Shown here: one piece after another, positions 63,227 through 64,000 of the stretch
Position numbering within the stretch: position 1 is the first letter of the stretch
Layout of the letters: each line of letters starts with the position of its first letter
NCBI GenBank assembly: GCA_902607435.1
Contig: CACLJX010000001.1
Span: forward strand, 10,899 to 74,898
Reading direction: 5' to 3'
DNA length: 64,000 bases
Origin: an uncultured Alphaproteobacteria bacterium
Lineage (GTDB): Bacteria > Pseudomonadota > Alphaproteobacteria > HIMB59 > GCA-002718135
The notes under the pieces: generated by a model
The model's input: the letters and a program-made list of their open reading frames with translations, nothing else
What the model was told of the DNA's origin: nothing
The model's database searches: none
Program-made: the position numbers and the translations under genes

Positions 63227-64000
63227 GTGCATTATTTAAGTACTCGCAATAACCAACTTAAAGAATCTTTTATAGATATTCTTTTTCAAGGATTATCAAA
63301 AGAAGGAGGGTTATATTTGCCAGAAGTTTGGCCGATAATTCCAATTGATAGTTTAAGAGGAAAAAGTTATCAAGAAATAGCACATGCTGTTATTCATCCA
63401 TATATAAAGGAAAGTATTTCTGAAAATGAATTAAGTTCAATATTAATAAAAACATATAAGAGTTTTGATCATGATAATGTTGCTCCTTTGATCAAAATTG
63501 AAAAAAACAAATATATTCTTGAACTTTTTTACGGCCCAACTTTTGCCTTTAAAGATTATGCGTTGCAATTTTTAGGAAACTTATTTTCACATGTGATGCT
63601 AAATTCAAATAAAAAAATTACAATTTTAGGAGCTACTTCGGGAGATACTGGCTCAGCTGCAATAGAAGCTTTTAAAAGCAAAAAAAACATTAATGTTTTT
63701 ATTTTGCATCCGCATAATATGGTATCTGATGTGCAACGCCGCCAAATGACCACAGTAGCAGATTCTAATATTCATAATATAGCTTTGGAAGGCACATTTG
63801 ATGATTGTCAAAAAATTGTCAAAACTCTTTTTTTAGATTCAGAAATTCAATCTCAAACATCTCTTACAGCTGTTAATTCCATTAATTGGAGCCGTCTCAT
63901 TGCTCAAACTGTTTATTATTTTTGGGCATATACACAACTAGATTCAAAAAAAATCAGCTTTATTGTGCCATCAGGAAATTTTGGTAATATTTTTTCAGCT
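63227..64000 (+). CDS. thrC: threonine synthase, N-terminal part (runs off the right edge)
   Basis: My own translation from GTG 63227 reads VHYLSTRNNQ...GLSKEGGLYLPE...PTFAFKDYALQFLGNLF...GATSGDTGSAAIEAF. The frame stays open to position 64000. Confidence 0.85.
   Translation, partial: MHYLSTRNNQLKESFIDILFQGLSKEGGLYLPEVWPIIPIDSLRGKSYQEIAHAVIHPYIKESISENELSSILIKTYKSFDHDNVAPLIKIEKNKYILELFYGPTFAFKDYALQFLGNLFSHVMLNSNKKITILGATSGDTGSAAIEAFKSKKNINVFILHPHNMVSDVQRRQMTTVADSNIHNIALEGTFDDCQKIVKTLFLDSEIQSQTSLTAVNSINWSRLIAQTVYYFWAYTQLDSKKISFIVPSGNFGNIFSA

Noticed and set aside
1-64000. I searched by eye for CRISPR arrays, IS elements with inverted repeats, rRNA genes, prophage remnants, toxin-antitoxin pairs and recognised defence systems.
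   Set aside because: I saw none of the following: regularly spaced direct repeats, transposase or integrase-like ORFs, phage structural or replication genes, or small adjacent two-gene cassettes with toxin-antitoxin character. The only RNA gene I can support is tRNA-Leu. Very short or degenerate elements cannot be excluded without computational scans.

Overview
All calls come from reading the supplied translations and the DNA by eye. No BLAST or HMM search was possible, so family assignments rest on recalled motifs.

The window is AT-rich and very gene-dense. Many neighbouring genes overlap at start/stop codons (TAATG, ATGA, GTGA), and several convergent genes overlap at their 3' ends. I found no transcription factor, transposase, integrase, prophage gene or CRISPR array. 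Gene content and composition suggest a streamlined marine alphaproteobacterium, possibly SAR11/Pelagibacterales-like, but this is inference only.

- **Left part (1-14.2 kb), housekeeping:** fabB-fabA, thiF/moeB, coaBC, ubiE and mutM. Next comes a translationally coupled acyl-CoA ligase, metY and alpha/beta-hydrolase operon. Then follow a carboxylesterase, a stand-alone HNH protein, COQ7, a DsbB-like protein, a DedA/YqaA protein and tRNA-Leu(CAA). The part ends with an EF-G paralogue carrying degenerate GTPase motifs behind an unusually long leader.
- **Centre (about 14-38.6 kb), a carbohydrate/cyclitol island:**
  - sufE-galT-galE.
  - A fumarylacetoacetate hydrolase (FAH)-family hydrolase coupled to an FMN-dependent L-lactate-type dehydrogenase, followed by a Rieske-fold mini-protein with all-Cys ligands.
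  - iolG, iolD, iolC, iolB, an iolJ-like aldolase and iolE, spread over several transcription units.
  - A FucU/RbsD protein.
  - Two adjacent sugar ABC importers; the only two strong intrinsic terminators I noticed follow their binding-protein genes.
  - A MocD-like (rhizopine-oxygenase-like) di-iron desaturase-family protein, a TIM-barrel isomerase, a Gfo/Idh/MocA dehydrogenase coupled to a DUF1479 protein, gloA and an HpcH-family aldolase.
- **Right part (38.7-64 kb):**
  - ribF-ileS-lspA, pgi, rRNA/tRNA modification genes and xseA.
  - The lipid A/Kdo cluster (lpxL-lpxK-waaA-DUF374-msbA), then ubiA and rsmE.
  - A respiratory module made of an orphan petA, a coxMNOP-like CuA oxidase with two subunit-III paralogues, subunit IV and ctaB, a tiny CxxC membrane protein, pseudoazurin and ctaG.
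  - The 5' part of thrC.

The best candidate for an undescribed system is the moc-like oxygenase, dehydrogenase and DUF1479 module embedded in the inositol island. It may be a pathway for a modified (O-methyl or amino) cyclitol. It includes the all-Cys Rieske-fold protein, and no reductase or regulator is visible.
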